From assembly GCA_019058315.1 (NCBI GenBank), contig JAHPZH010000002.1, positions 1,197,910 through 1,261,909 on the forward strand: a DNA stretch of 64,000 bases. The letters run 5' to 3'. Under the pieces are notes generated by a model, which did not search any database, was not told where the DNA came from, and saw only the letters and a list, made by a program, of their open reading frames with translations. Shown here piece by piece: positions 29,995-39,629 of the stretch (position 1 is the first letter of the stretch; every line of letters starts with the position of its first letter). A program made the position numbers and the translations under genes. Origin of the DNA: Candidatus Helarchaeota archaeon. GTDB taxonomy: Archaea; Asgardarchaeota; Lokiarchaeia; Helarchaeales; RDOG01.

Positions 29995-31128
29995 CTAATT
30001 TTCATTATTTTTTGGGGTTTGAAAGACTAAACAATAATGATGATGAACATTAGACACATAAACGCTGGGATATCCCCAAATTCCCATAAATTTTTGATCT
30101 TGACACCATATAAATTCTTGGCGAAGTTGTAGAAACTCAGTTAGTTTATATGCAATATCCCAAGCTATTGGTAGCATAATTCCATCCTTAGGGCGAACAT
30201 TTTGAATGATAATCATAATATATCCTTCAGGAACCATTAATTTAACAATTTGCTTAAAAATGCCCGATATTTCATCTAAATATCGATCATATTTTTCAAT
30301 ATTCCCCAAATCTCTTCTATCCTCGCTATATTTCTCATCAAATCCTTGACTAACTCTTTGTTTTAAAGTAGATTTTACACCACCTCTTGATTGTCCCAAT
30401 ATATTCCAATATGGGGGTGAGGTAATTACAAATTTTACCTTGGGATATTTCATCTCTTCCCAAACTCTAAAACATTCTCTACTATCCGAATTAAATATTT
30501 TATATACTCTTTTAACCTTTTTATCTTCTATAAATTTATCTAATGTTTGTGTACTTGAAATTGTCCTTTTTTGAGTGTATTCTGCATACTTTGGATTTAA
30601 TTCAATTCCCCAGCAGTTTCGTTTTAATTCCATACAAGCGACAAGAGTACTTCCAATCCCCATAAATGGATCAAATACCCAATCACCTTTTTTTGTAAAG
30701 AATTCAATAAAGTGCTTTGCAAGATCTGGGGGATAACTTGCTGGATGATCTTTTATTTCATCCGGAATATCTGATGGCTTACCATCTACAACCAACCAAC
30801 TCTTTGTATGTCTCAACCATTCCTTTCCAGTTAGATCATTCAACTTATTCTTTTTATTATAATCTCCCTTTACTTCACAATCAAATTCTATTTGTCTAGT
30901 GACTTTAGCCAATTGACGAAATACTTTAGCAGTATTAATAAAATTCCCATTCTGGTAAAATTCCTTAGCTTTTTGAATTAATTTTTGAACTTCAGGAATA
31001 TTTCTCTTTATAATTTCTGGTGAACCTTTTTTATAATTCGAATTATTATCAAAATTTTGTAAAACTTCGGGATCAATGTTCCAATTGGAAATTTTTTTCG
31101 AAATATCCCTTGATTTTAATTTTGTCAT
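29995..31128 (-). CDS. Site-specific DNA methyltransferase (N4-C/N6-A; motif I before SPPY)
   Basis: HPASYP, DPFMGIGST (motif I), ITSPPYW (motif IV); about 95-aa N-terminal extension. Confidence 0.9.
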   Translation of the reverse strand: MTKLKSRDISKKISNWNIDPEVLQNFDNNSNYKKGSPEIIKRNIPEVQKLIQKAKEFYQNGNFINTAKVFRQLAKVTRQIEFDCEVKGDYNKKNKLNDLTGKEWLRHTKSWLVVDGKPSDIPDEIKDHPASYPPDLAKHFIEFFTKKGDWVFDPFMGIGSTLVACMELKRNCWGIELNPKYAEYTQKRTISSTQTLDKFIEDKKVKRVYKIFNSDSRECFRVWEEMKYPKVKFVITSPPYWNILGQSRGGVKSTLKQRVSQGFDEKYSEDRRDLGNIEKYDRYLDEISGIFKQIVKLMVPEGYIMIIIQNVRPKDGIMLPIAWDIAYKLTEFLQLRQEFIWCQDQKFMGIWGYPSVYVSNVHHHYCLVFQTPKNNEN

Positions 31129-31245
31129 ATTGAAACGCCCTATAACGGATGAAAATCCATTAAATATACATATTTTTTTGAGAATTTTAATTTAAATATT
31201 TTAAAAATTTAATCAAAACAGAATAAGTTGATAAGGAATATTTAA

Positions 31246-33975
31246 ATGAAAAATGTCGCTATCCCTGAAAAAAATCTAACATCGAAAAAAATGGCATTTT
31301 GGATGGCGCATTTAACCAAAGAAATCAAAGAAAAAGTAATATTTCTTTTCAAAAAGGAAAATGAATCTGACTATCTCCATAAAATTTTCTTTCTATTACA
31401 AAGAAGGTTAATTAAGGACTTGAGCACAGACAAGTTCGCTGATATTTATGCCCAAGCTATAGTTTATGGTTTATTTTCAACTAGAGTGGCGCAAAGATAT
31501 GGTTTTTCAATAGAAAATGTATTTAAGATAATTCCAGAAACTGATCTGATATTAAAAAATCTCTTTCAGGATTTAACCAGAATTGGAGAAAATCAATCTT
31601 TAAGTCCGATTTTGGGTTTGCCTAATATAAAAAACTTGAGTAAATTATTAAATAAACAGAATATTGACGTTGTGATAGAAGAGTTTAGAAAAAATAGAAA
31701 TATAGAAGATCCAATAATTCATTTTTACGAATTATTTCTAAAAGAATACGCCCCTAAACAAAGATTTGGGAAAGGTGTTTTCTACACACCAGAACCAATT
31801 GTATCATTTATTGTTCGATCAGTTGATTACTTACTTAAAACTGAATTAGGTTGCCCAGATGGTTTATCTGATATAAAAATAAAATCCTATCAATTCGAAA
31901 AAAATACTAAAAGAGTTCCTAAGATTAAGATTCTTGATCCTGCAACAGGAACGGGAACATTTTTAAAAGGTGTAATTGAAGAAATTAAAAAAATGTTTGA
32001 TAAAAAGCATAAGGGGTTGAATAAAGAAGTTTTACAAGAAAATTGGAATGAGTATGTCTCTAATAATTTATTAACTCGGATTTTCGGATTTGAACTGATG
32101 CTGATACCATATATGGTAGCTCATCTAAAACTTGGATTAAAATTAAGTGAAACTGGTTATAAATTTAAATCAAATGGAAACCTGAGAATCTATCTAGCAA
32201 ATGCACTAGAAAATAAAAAAGATTATGATGGAGCTTTAAATTGTTCTATAATAATCGGAAATCCACCCTATTCAGGATTTCCTTCTAATAAGGGAAAATG
32301 GATAACAGACCTTGTTAGAGATTATTATTACGTTGATGGGAAACGTTTAGATGAAAAAAATCCAAAATGGCTACTTGATGATTATGTTAAATTTATCCGA
32401 TTTGGGCAATGGTGTATAAATCGAGCAGGATTCGGAATTTTAGCATTTATAACTAATCATGGATATTTAGATAATCCAACTTTTAGAGGAATGAGAGAAA
32501 ATCTAATGAAAGATTTTCCAATAATATATGTTTGTGATTTACATGGTAATAGTATAAAAAAAGAAGTAGGTCCAGATGGTTCAAATGATGAGTGTGTTTT
32601 TGATATAAAACAAGGAGTATGTATTAGTTTTTTTATTAAACCATTAAATAAAGTTAGCCAAAAACATGTTTATCATGTAGATGTATGGGGGTCAAGAGAA
32701 GATAAATTTAATTGGTTAAAAACCCAAAATATTAATAAAATTAAATGGAATAATCTCTCTCCAATAACTCCATTCTATTTATTCGTTCCACAACAGAAAG
32801 ATTTGTGGAAAGAATACCAAACAGGTATTAAGCTAACTGATATCTTTAAGATCTATTCTGCAGGAATTGCAACGGCTAGAGATCACTTTACAATTCAATG
32901 GACTAGAGAGGAACTGCTCGATATATTAAAAGATTTTATAAAATTATCCCACGAAAATGCAAGAAAAAAGTATAATTTAAGAAAAGATGTTAGAGATTGG
33001 AAAGTAAAATTTGCCCAAAAAGACGTTATTAAAACAAATATTGACCCAAATCTTATCGTTCCAATTCTATATAGACCTTTTGATATTAGATATACTTATT
33101 ATACCGGAAGATCCAGAGGCTTTCTTTGTATGCCTCGACCCGAAGTTATGCAAAATATGTTATTAGGGAATAATATTGGTATTTCTGTTTCCCGATCAGT
33201 TCGTGGAGCTCCATGGAGAGATGTTTTCGTATCTACAATTATTACTGAATTTGGCTTGATTGCTACACGTCCAGGCAATACCGCACCTCTTTTTCCATTA
33301 TACATTTATGAAAAGAAGAAGAACAAGATTTTACGTAGCTCTAATCTGACAAATAAAGCGATTTCTATATTTTCGAAAAAACTTGGAATGAAATTTACTT
33401 ATAAGGAAAGAAATAATATAAATAATTCTTTTAATTCTGAAGATATTTTTAATTATATCTATTCAATACTCCACTCCCAGAAATTTAGAAAAAGATATGC
33501 CGAGTTTCTAAAAATTGATTTTCCATATATTCCTATAACAAAAAATATTGAATTTTTTAAGCAGTTAACTAAATTAGGTGCCGATTTAGTAGCTCTTCAT
33601 ACACTAAATTCAAATTCACTCCCTTTAAAAGATATAGTTCATTTCATAGAAGGATCTAATGGAAAGCAAATGGGAAAATTTAATAGAGATTGTTATAAGA
33701 ATGGAAAAATATTCATTGATTTGAATAGAAAAAATGATGGTTCATATTTTAATGGTATTCCAGAAGATGTATGGAATTTCTTTATTGGTTCATATCAAGT
33801 TTGTTATAAATGGTTATATAATAAGAGCGTAAAAGGAAAGAAAAAAGGTAAACTTTTAACAAAAAATGATATTCAATCTTTTAAAAAAATAGTAATTGCA
33901 ATAAAAAATACAATTCAATTAAGGGAAAAAATCGATAAATTAATAGATGAATACGGTGGTTGGCCAATTAAATAA
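31246..33975 (+). CDS. Type ISP/IIG-like N6-adenine DNA methyltransferase with C-terminal specificity domain and no nuclease domain
   Basis: FYELFLKEY, GVFYTPEP, LDPATGTGTF, GNPPYS, YRPFD, IGSYQVCYKWL. Confidence 0.88.
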   Translation: MKNVAIPEKNLTSKKMAFWMAHLTKEIKEKVIFLFKKENESDYLHKIFFLLQRRLIKDLSTDKFADIYAQAIVYGLFSTRVAQRYGFSIENVFKIIPETDLILKNLFQDLTRIGENQSLSPILGLPNIKNLSKLLNKQNIDVVIEEFRKNRNIEDPIIHFYELFLKEYAPKQRFGKGVFYTPEPIVSFIVRSVDYLLKTELGCPDGLSDIKIKSYQFEKNTKRVPKIKILDPATGTGTFLKGVIEEIKKMFDKKHKGLNKEVLQENWNEYVSNNLLTRIFGFELMLIPYMVAHLKLGLKLSETGYKFKSNGNLRIYLANALENKKDYDGALNCSIIIGNPPYSGFPSNKGKWITDLVRDYYYVDGKRLDEKNPKWLLDDYVKFIRFGQWCINRAGFGILAFITNHGYLDNPTFRGMRENLMKDFPIIYVCDLHGNSIKKEVGPDGSNDECVFDIKQGVCISFFIKPLNKVSQKHVYHVDVWGSREDKFNWLKTQNINKIKWNNLSPITPFYLFVPQQKDLWKEYQTGIKLTDIFKIYSAGIATARDHFTIQWTREELLDILKDFIKLSHENARKKYNLRKDVRDWKVKFAQKDVIKTNIDPNLIVPILYRPFDIRYTYYTGRSRGFLCMPRPEVMQNMLLGNNIGISVSRSVRGAPWRDVFVSTIITEFGLIATRPGNTAPLFPLYIYEKKKNKILRSSNLTNKAISIFSKKLGMKFTYKERNNINNSFNSEDIFNYIYSILHSQKFRKRYAEFLKIDFPYIPITKNIEFFKQLTKLGADLVALHTLNSNSLPLKDIVHFIEGSNGKQMGKFNRDCYKNGKIFIDLNRKNDGSYFNGIPEDVWNFFIGSYQVCYKWLYNKSVKGKKKGKLLTKNDIQSFKKIVIAIKNTIQLREKIDKLIDEYGGWPIK

Positions 33976-34001
33976 AAAAGTAGAATTTCAGTGACTTAAA
34001 A

Positions 34002-35063
34002 TTGGATGTAAATAAAATAATCCATTATGATTCAAGAAAATTAGAGGAAATAATTGATCAAAAATCAATTGATTTCATTATGTTTTCCCCACCTTATTGG
34101 AATATAAGAAACTATGGTTATGAAGGTCAGATAGGATATAAACAGAGCTATAATGAATTTTTAGAAAGCATGAAACAAGTAGTAAAAAAATGTTATGATG
34201 TATTAAAAGATGGAAGATTCATGGCAATAATTACTGGAACGGTAGTATCTAACCAAGGAATGAAATTCTTGGCTGGAGATTTCATTAATTTATGCAAAAA
34301 TGTTGGTCTTATATTTCGCAAAGACATAATTTGGAATAAACCAAGAGGAACTACAAAATGGCAAAGAGGTGCAACATTATTTACGCAAAATCCATATCCT
34401 CTGAAATTTAACACTAATATAAGTCATGAATATATCCTAATATTTTCTAAGGGCGAGATTGAAATATTGGATTATAAAAAATTGGCAGTTATGCCATTTA
34501 CAAGGGATTTTGTCCGAGCTGTAAGTTATAGTGTATGGGATATTAAGCCAGTAAATTCACCAATAAAGGATGAGGGTCATGTTGCTCCTTATCCTGATGA
34601 ATTATGTGAGATCTTGATAGAATTATTCAGTATGCCTGAAGAAATTGTTTTGGATCCATTTTGTGGTTCTGGAACGACTTGTAAAGTAGCCAAAAAAATG
34701 GGACGTTTATTTATTGGGATTGATAAGTCTAAAAAATACTGTGAAATTGCGAGAAAAAATGTTGATAATGTAGAATTTAACTCATATAAATCTCCCAATA
34801 TAGCAAATGAAAATTATTTAGATATGTATTACAATACTCAACAATTAGAGGGAGAAATAATAAGCATTTTAGAAAAAAATTCACTCACAAAAGATGAATT
34901 ATTTAAAAATCTTCAAAGATATTGCACTTTTAATAAATTAAAGAATACATTAGCAAGATTAAATAAGAAAAATATTATCGAGTATAATCGCAAAAATAAA
35001 AAATGGGTGTTAATAGAGACTAGTAGTGAAAATAAAAAGAAGAATCTAGGGGATTATTTTTAG
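34002..35063 (+). CDS. Beta-class DNA methyltransferase (N4-C/N6-A) with C-terminal winged helix
   Basis: FSPPYW before HVAPYP and LDPFCGSGTT; C-terminal IISILEKNSLTKDELF...LARLNKKNIIEY wHTH. Confidence 0.9.
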   Translation: MDVNKIIHYDSRKLEEIIDQKSIDFIMFSPPYWNIRNYGYEGQIGYKQSYNEFLESMKQVVKKCYDVLKDGRFMAIITGTVVSNQGMKFLAGDFINLCKNVGLIFRKDIIWNKPRGTTKWQRGATLFTQNPYPLKFNTNISHEYILIFSKGEIEILDYKKLAVMPFTRDFVRAVSYSVWDIKPVNSPIKDEGHVAPYPDELCEILIELFSMPEEIVLDPFCGSGTTCKVAKKMGRLFIGIDKSKKYCEIARKNVDNVEFNSYKSPNIANENYLDMYYNTQQLEGEIISILEKNSLTKDELFKNLQRYCTFNKLKNTLARLNKKNIIEYNRKNKKWVLIETSSENKKKNLGDYF

Positions 35064-35332
35064 TTAAATGATATAAAAAACCTTTTTTCTATAAGATTAA
35101 GGTTTAATTAAATTGGATTTTATACTTATAAAGCATTTTTATTTATAAACCTTTTAAAAGGTATAAAAATATGTTGAACTCCTTTTGTTTTTAAAGTGAT
35201 TTCATATTTAAAGCCGACAAAAATAATATAAATGAGTTGTGCTGTTATAATAAAGTGTAGGGTATAATTTTTTGGATTTTATCAAAGAATTAAAATTAAA
35301 AAATTAACACCCAAAATTGGAAGTCGCAAGAA

Positions 35333-35671
35333 ATGAAAATTATGAATGTTTCAAATCCGCGACAGAGGAGCACTTCTGTGGTTGAATCTGATGAGATTAC
35401 TGTTGCTCCAGTTTTTAATATTGATGAAGCAAAAAGATTTGTTTCTTTCATTCAGAATTTTAAGAAAGAAAATGATTTAACTCAACTTTACATACGTATT
35501 CCTGGTAGTTGGCGAAGCGATGATGCAAGCCGGAAAATATTATTTGAGTATTTAAAAGAATCTCATGATTATGTGATAATTGAGACTTCTCCGGTCTTAA
35601 GAGCGTACTTTAAAACGGAATTAACAATTCGAGACGGTGATCCTAAAAAAATTCTAAAAGAGAGAAAATAA
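35333..35671 (+). CDS. Hypothetical protein
   Basis: Clean 112-codon ORF with its own AT-rich upstream region; no family recognised. Confidence 0.7.
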   Translation: MKIMNVSNPRQRSTSVVESDEITVAPVFNIDEAKRFVSFIQNFKKENDLTQLYIRIPGSWRSDDASRKILFEYLKESHDYVIIETSPVLRAYFKTELTIRDGDPKKILKERK

Positions 35672-35693
35672 TATAGGGTTACAATAAAATTTT

Positions 35694-37151
35694 TTAGAGT
35701 TTTTCAACAGTAGGTTTAGGAATAATTTTAAATCCATGAGCTGGAGCGTCATCTAATTTTTCTGGTAGAGTTATTGCTAAATCTTCCCCTATTTGTTTCC
35801 AGCTTAGTTTTTTAGTATTACTGAGTAAATAAATTTGTGCATTTTTTTCTATATGAAGTGATTTTATTAGGATTTTCTCGGTTTTTGGAGTATCTAAAAT
35901 GATTACATAAAGTATATTCTCCTTCTGTGTGAATCGGATATCAAGACCATCATCAGTTTTACCTTCCGCTCTTATCCATGGTCTTGTTTCAAATATTGCC
36001 TCACCATTAGTTTCAAGCCACTTCCCTAATCCTAAGAGCCGCTCAACTTGCATTTCTGCAATAGTACCGTCTGCCATAGGTCCAACATTCAATAATAGAT
36101 TTCCATTTTTACTAACAATATCTACAAACATTCTAACAAGTTCAACAACTGTTATATGCTCTTTTTCTCCCTCTTCTCGGTTAAATCCGAAGGAATATCC
36201 TATCCCACGACAAGATTCAAACTTATCTTTTTTAATTTTATGATATGTCGCATATTCAGGAGTTCTATAATCATAATGAGGTGGTTTAAGAACATCTGCA
36301 CCAGCACCATCAGACACTTCTTTAGCCGCTTGTGTAAATCTATCTAAGTTGTCTCTAATAAGTTCTCTCATTTTTTTAGTAATTTGAAACCAACGGTCAT
36401 TGACTACACCATCAGGTATTTTGTTATAAAAATATGCAATTACTTCATAAGGATTTGCATCTGGTGGATAGCTGATATCGTTCCATATAATTGAAGGTTC
36501 ATATAAATCAATTAATTCTAGAAAATGGTTTTTAATATATTCATTATATTCTGGATCAAGTGGTCCATTAGTCACAAAACTTAAAAAATCTTGGATTGGT
36601 TCTTCATTAAAGGTCCAATCTAACCCTCCTGAATAATAAAAACCCATGCGCATTCCTCTTTCTTTAACTGCTTTAGTAAGCTCCCCAACAATATTTCTCT
36701 TGGCAAAATGATTCTTTCTTTTTGGATTTGGATATTTACTTGGCCAAAGAAGAAATCCATCATGATGTTTGGTGCCAAGAACAACGTAGCGGGCTCCAAT
36801 TTTTTTGAATAAATCTGCCATTTTATTTGGATCCCATTTTTTTATGGCTTGATTAAATTCAGGTATAAAGTCAAAATAAGTAAAATCCTTGCCATATACT
36901 TTATTATGATGTTTTTGGGTTGGGCTATCCTTAATTTTCAATGTGTTAAAATACCACTCAGCATATGGATTATTTTTAAAATGATATGCCTGATCTTTCT
37001 TCATTGTTTCGCTTATACTCCCTTGCGAAGTAGGAGCAAAAGCTGGAACCGAATATATCCCCCAATGAATGAATATCCCCAGTTTGGCATCATGGAACCA
37101 AGCAGGAACTTTATGTTTACGGACGGATTTTAAATTAGGTTCATATTTCAT
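35694..37151 (-). CDS. Alpha-L-fucosidase (GH29)
   Basis: WFHDAKLGIFIHWG, YAEWY, KHHDGF, IWND nucleophile, VVNDRW, GNLLLNVGP; no signal peptide. Confidence 0.95.
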   Translation of the reverse strand: MKYEPNLKSVRKHKVPAWFHDAKLGIFIHWGIYSVPAFAPTSQGSISETMKKDQAYHFKNNPYAEWYFNTLKIKDSPTQKHHNKVYGKDFTYFDFIPEFNQAIKKWDPNKMADLFKKIGARYVVLGTKHHDGFLLWPSKYPNPKRKNHFAKRNIVGELTKAVKERGMRMGFYYSGGLDWTFNEEPIQDFLSFVTNGPLDPEYNEYIKNHFLELIDLYEPSIIWNDISYPPDANPYEVIAYFYNKIPDGVVNDRWFQITKKMRELIRDNLDRFTQAAKEVSDGAGADVLKPPHYDYRTPEYATYHKIKKDKFESCRGIGYSFGFNREEGEKEHITVVELVRMFVDIVSKNGNLLLNVGPMADGTIAEMQVERLLGLGKWLETNGEAIFETRPWIRAEGKTDDGLDIRFTQKENILYVIILDTPKTEKILIKSLHIEKNAQIYLLSNTKKLSWKQIGEDLAITLPEKLDDAPAHGFKIIPKPTVEKL

Positions 37152-37260
37152 TTTTAGGTCACCATATTCAACAATTAAAAATTTTAATTATCTAATAATA
37201 TTTACTTTTTTTAAATGAATAAAAAAAATCAAAAAATAATAAAAATTGGAGTAAATTAAT

Positions 37261-38280
37261 ATGCCAATTCCAAAAGCTTTGAAGCGTTATGCTGCCCAAA
37301 TTGGGTTTCCAAATTCGGAAACTATGGCTCGTATTTTTGAGATTCTTTTTGATGAAGAAGATGATTTAAAGATTGTCAAAGCATTATCCCGACCACGAAC
37401 AATGGAAAAATTAATCGAAAAATCTGGTTTGCCAGAGAAAAGAGTTAAGGAGTTAGTAGATAAATTAATGTCTCGTGGTGCTATCAGCCAACCTATGAAG
37501 GATCCTAACTTATATCGACTATATCCTGCCATGATTGAGCTTAGGGATGGTTCTTGTTTGAATCCAGATGCGCCTCAGGAACTTTTCGAACTCTGGGAAA
37601 AAATTGTTTATAAAGAACTTCCTCCACTTATATCCATGTTAGATAATCTTAAAATTCCGCCTATAGTGCGAGTAATCCCTATAGAAAGATCGGTAGAAGT
37701 GCAGAACTCTGTTTTAGATCCCGATTCAGCAAGAAAAATCTTCCGAGACGCGGAAATTGTCTCGGTTATGCCTTGTGTATGCCGTAAGGTAGCTCGTAAA
37801 AATAATCGAGGTCAAGACTGTCCTGCACCTGAAGATGCTGTCTGCATGCAAATAAACGGTTTTGCTAAAGCTGCCTTAAAAAGTGGGGTTGCTGAGCAGA
37901 TTAGTAATGAAGAAGCATTACGACGTATCAGTCTAGCAGAAGAAGCGGGCTTGGTTCATATGGTACGAAATAATATTAAGGAAGATATGTTTATGTGTAA
38001 TTGTTGTTCTTGTTGCTGCACAGGTCTATATATATCAAATCAAGTGGGATATCTTGAAGGTATAGCTCCTTCTCGTTTTAGAGTAAAGCTCAATGAAGAA
38101 GCTTGCGTGGGCTGTGGAACTTGTGAAACGAGATGCCAATTCCATGCAATCAGTGTAGATAATGTAGCTTCCATAAATCTTGAAAAATGCTATGGATGCG
38201 GAAACTGTGTCATTACTTGTCCCGAAGAAGCACTTGTCTTAGAGGAAATACGTCCTTTAGAGCATATCCGAGTGACATAA
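37261..38280 (+). CDS. 4Fe-4S dicluster protein with N-terminal wHTH and CNCCxCCC motif
   Basis: PCVCRK, AEEAGLVH, CNCCSCCC, two CxxCxxCxxxC ferredoxin motifs. Confidence 0.88.
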   Translation: MPIPKALKRYAAQIGFPNSETMARIFEILFDEEDDLKIVKALSRPRTMEKLIEKSGLPEKRVKELVDKLMSRGAISQPMKDPNLYRLYPAMIELRDGSCLNPDAPQELFELWEKIVYKELPPLISMLDNLKIPPIVRVIPIERSVEVQNSVLDPDSARKIFRDAEIVSVMPCVCRKVARKNNRGQDCPAPEDAVCMQINGFAKAALKSGVAEQISNEEALRRISLAEEAGLVHMVRNNIKEDMFMCNCCSCCCTGLYISNQVGYLEGIAPSRFRVKLNEEACVGCGTCETRCQFHAISVDNVASINLEKCYGCGNCVITCPEEALVLEEIRPLEHIRVT

Positions 38281-38282
38281 TA

Positions 38283-39425
38283 TTAGGATTTTTCAGGTTG
38301 AGGATCATTTATACGACCCATGAATAATATGCCACCATTTTGTTTATCTAAGATGAAAAATAGAAAAGGATGATCAGCTTTAAATGTGGGAGAAGGAGGA
38401 GGAAGCCCTCCTGTAGGAGCCATTACTATTGCCGTAATAGCAGCTGCTTCAGTCCCTTCTTCATCTACTTTAATATAAGCTTTATGAATGATAAGATCGA
38501 TATAAAAGTCCTTTTTACCAGTCATACCAGAAAAGTCTGCACCTTCCTTTAAAAAAGCCTCCCTCATACCTAAATTATTTAAATTACGATTCAATTTATA
38601 TTCTGTCTCAAATTCAAATTTTGGCACATAGACTAATACTGACTGCAATTTAGACTCCTTTAACATGTTATCTAATTGATCAATGGTGAGTTGTTTTTCA
38701 AAAAATTCGAGATCCCTATTTGTTTTAGGTAATAAGATGACCATTGAAAATCTTGTGTTTTTATATTTCATTTCAAGCAGCTGAAAATTAGATCCTTCCA
38801 AATAGTTGAATCCCTTATGTTCAAACATCATTGGGACATCTTTTTTCCTTCCATCTTTCAAGGTGAATGGAAGATCTTTCGTATTATTTTTTTTAAAGGG
38901 TATAAGCCAAAGACCCTTGAAATAAATTACGTTAATAAGGACCAACTTGGTATTCGGATCTAATGAATCTGCAACTTTATCTATTTTTCCTTTAGTTTGT
39001 TCCTGTACCCAAGCATTAATTTGCTGAATGGCACTACCAACTAGAAAATTAACTTCAAATATATTTTCTCCATAATTGTCCTTTATAGTATTCAAGTAAT
39101 CATCTAGGAGTTTTAATCCAATTGCTACCCAGATAGAATTAGCGATATGTAATTCCAGCCCATCTCCTTTATCTTGAAGCTTCAAACTATTTAGATAAAC
39201 CTTATAAATAGGATGTAGTAAATCATTTTTTAATGATAATTTAAAAACATTCTTAATTTCGTCTGCAGTTTTTTCTGCTGCCCCAGCATATGCCATAGTT
39301 ACACAAGCGTGAATACTAAAGGGGCTAAAGAACAAATTTTCATCTATCATTCTCAATTCGTGTAATAGATCGAGAGCAAAGGTATTAATACCATTCACAA
39401 TATCTTTAATTTCGTTTTTACTCAT
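38283..39425 (-). CDS. Serpin (inhibitory-type hinge)
   Basis: NLFFSPFSI, NVIYFKGLW, hinge DEEGTEAAAIT, FKADHPFLFFI, ILFMGRINDP. Confidence 0.96.
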   Translation of the reverse strand: MSKNEIKDIVNGINTFALDLLHELRMIDENLFFSPFSIHACVTMAYAGAAEKTADEIKNVFKLSLKNDLLHPIYKVYLNSLKLQDKGDGLELHIANSIWVAIGLKLLDDYLNTIKDNYGENIFEVNFLVGSAIQQINAWVQEQTKGKIDKVADSLDPNTKLVLINVIYFKGLWLIPFKKNNTKDLPFTLKDGRKKDVPMMFEHKGFNYLEGSNFQLLEMKYKNTRFSMVILLPKTNRDLEFFEKQLTIDQLDNMLKESKLQSVLVYVPKFEFETEYKLNRNLNNLGMREAFLKEGADFSGMTGKKDFYIDLIIHKAYIKVDEEGTEAAAITAIVMAPTGGLPPPSPTFKADHPFLFFILDKQNGGILFMGRINDPQPEKS

Positions 39426-39629
39426 TAAACTTCACTTAGAATTATTTATCACTATCAAATGTTATATGAATTAGTTTAAAATTGATTGAAGATTTTTTAT
39501 TTAAATATTTACTCTCAAATAATGTAATTTAATAATTTTATGAATAAATTGAAATTATACAAAGATTTATTTCACTAATTATATTTTTAAACTATAAGAA
39601 CAATTTGAATCCAAACAGAAGAGATTTTA

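Noticed and set aside
29995-35063. MTase cluster as an intact mobile element or provirus
   Set aside because: No integrase, transposase, tRNA target or flanking direct repeats are visible.
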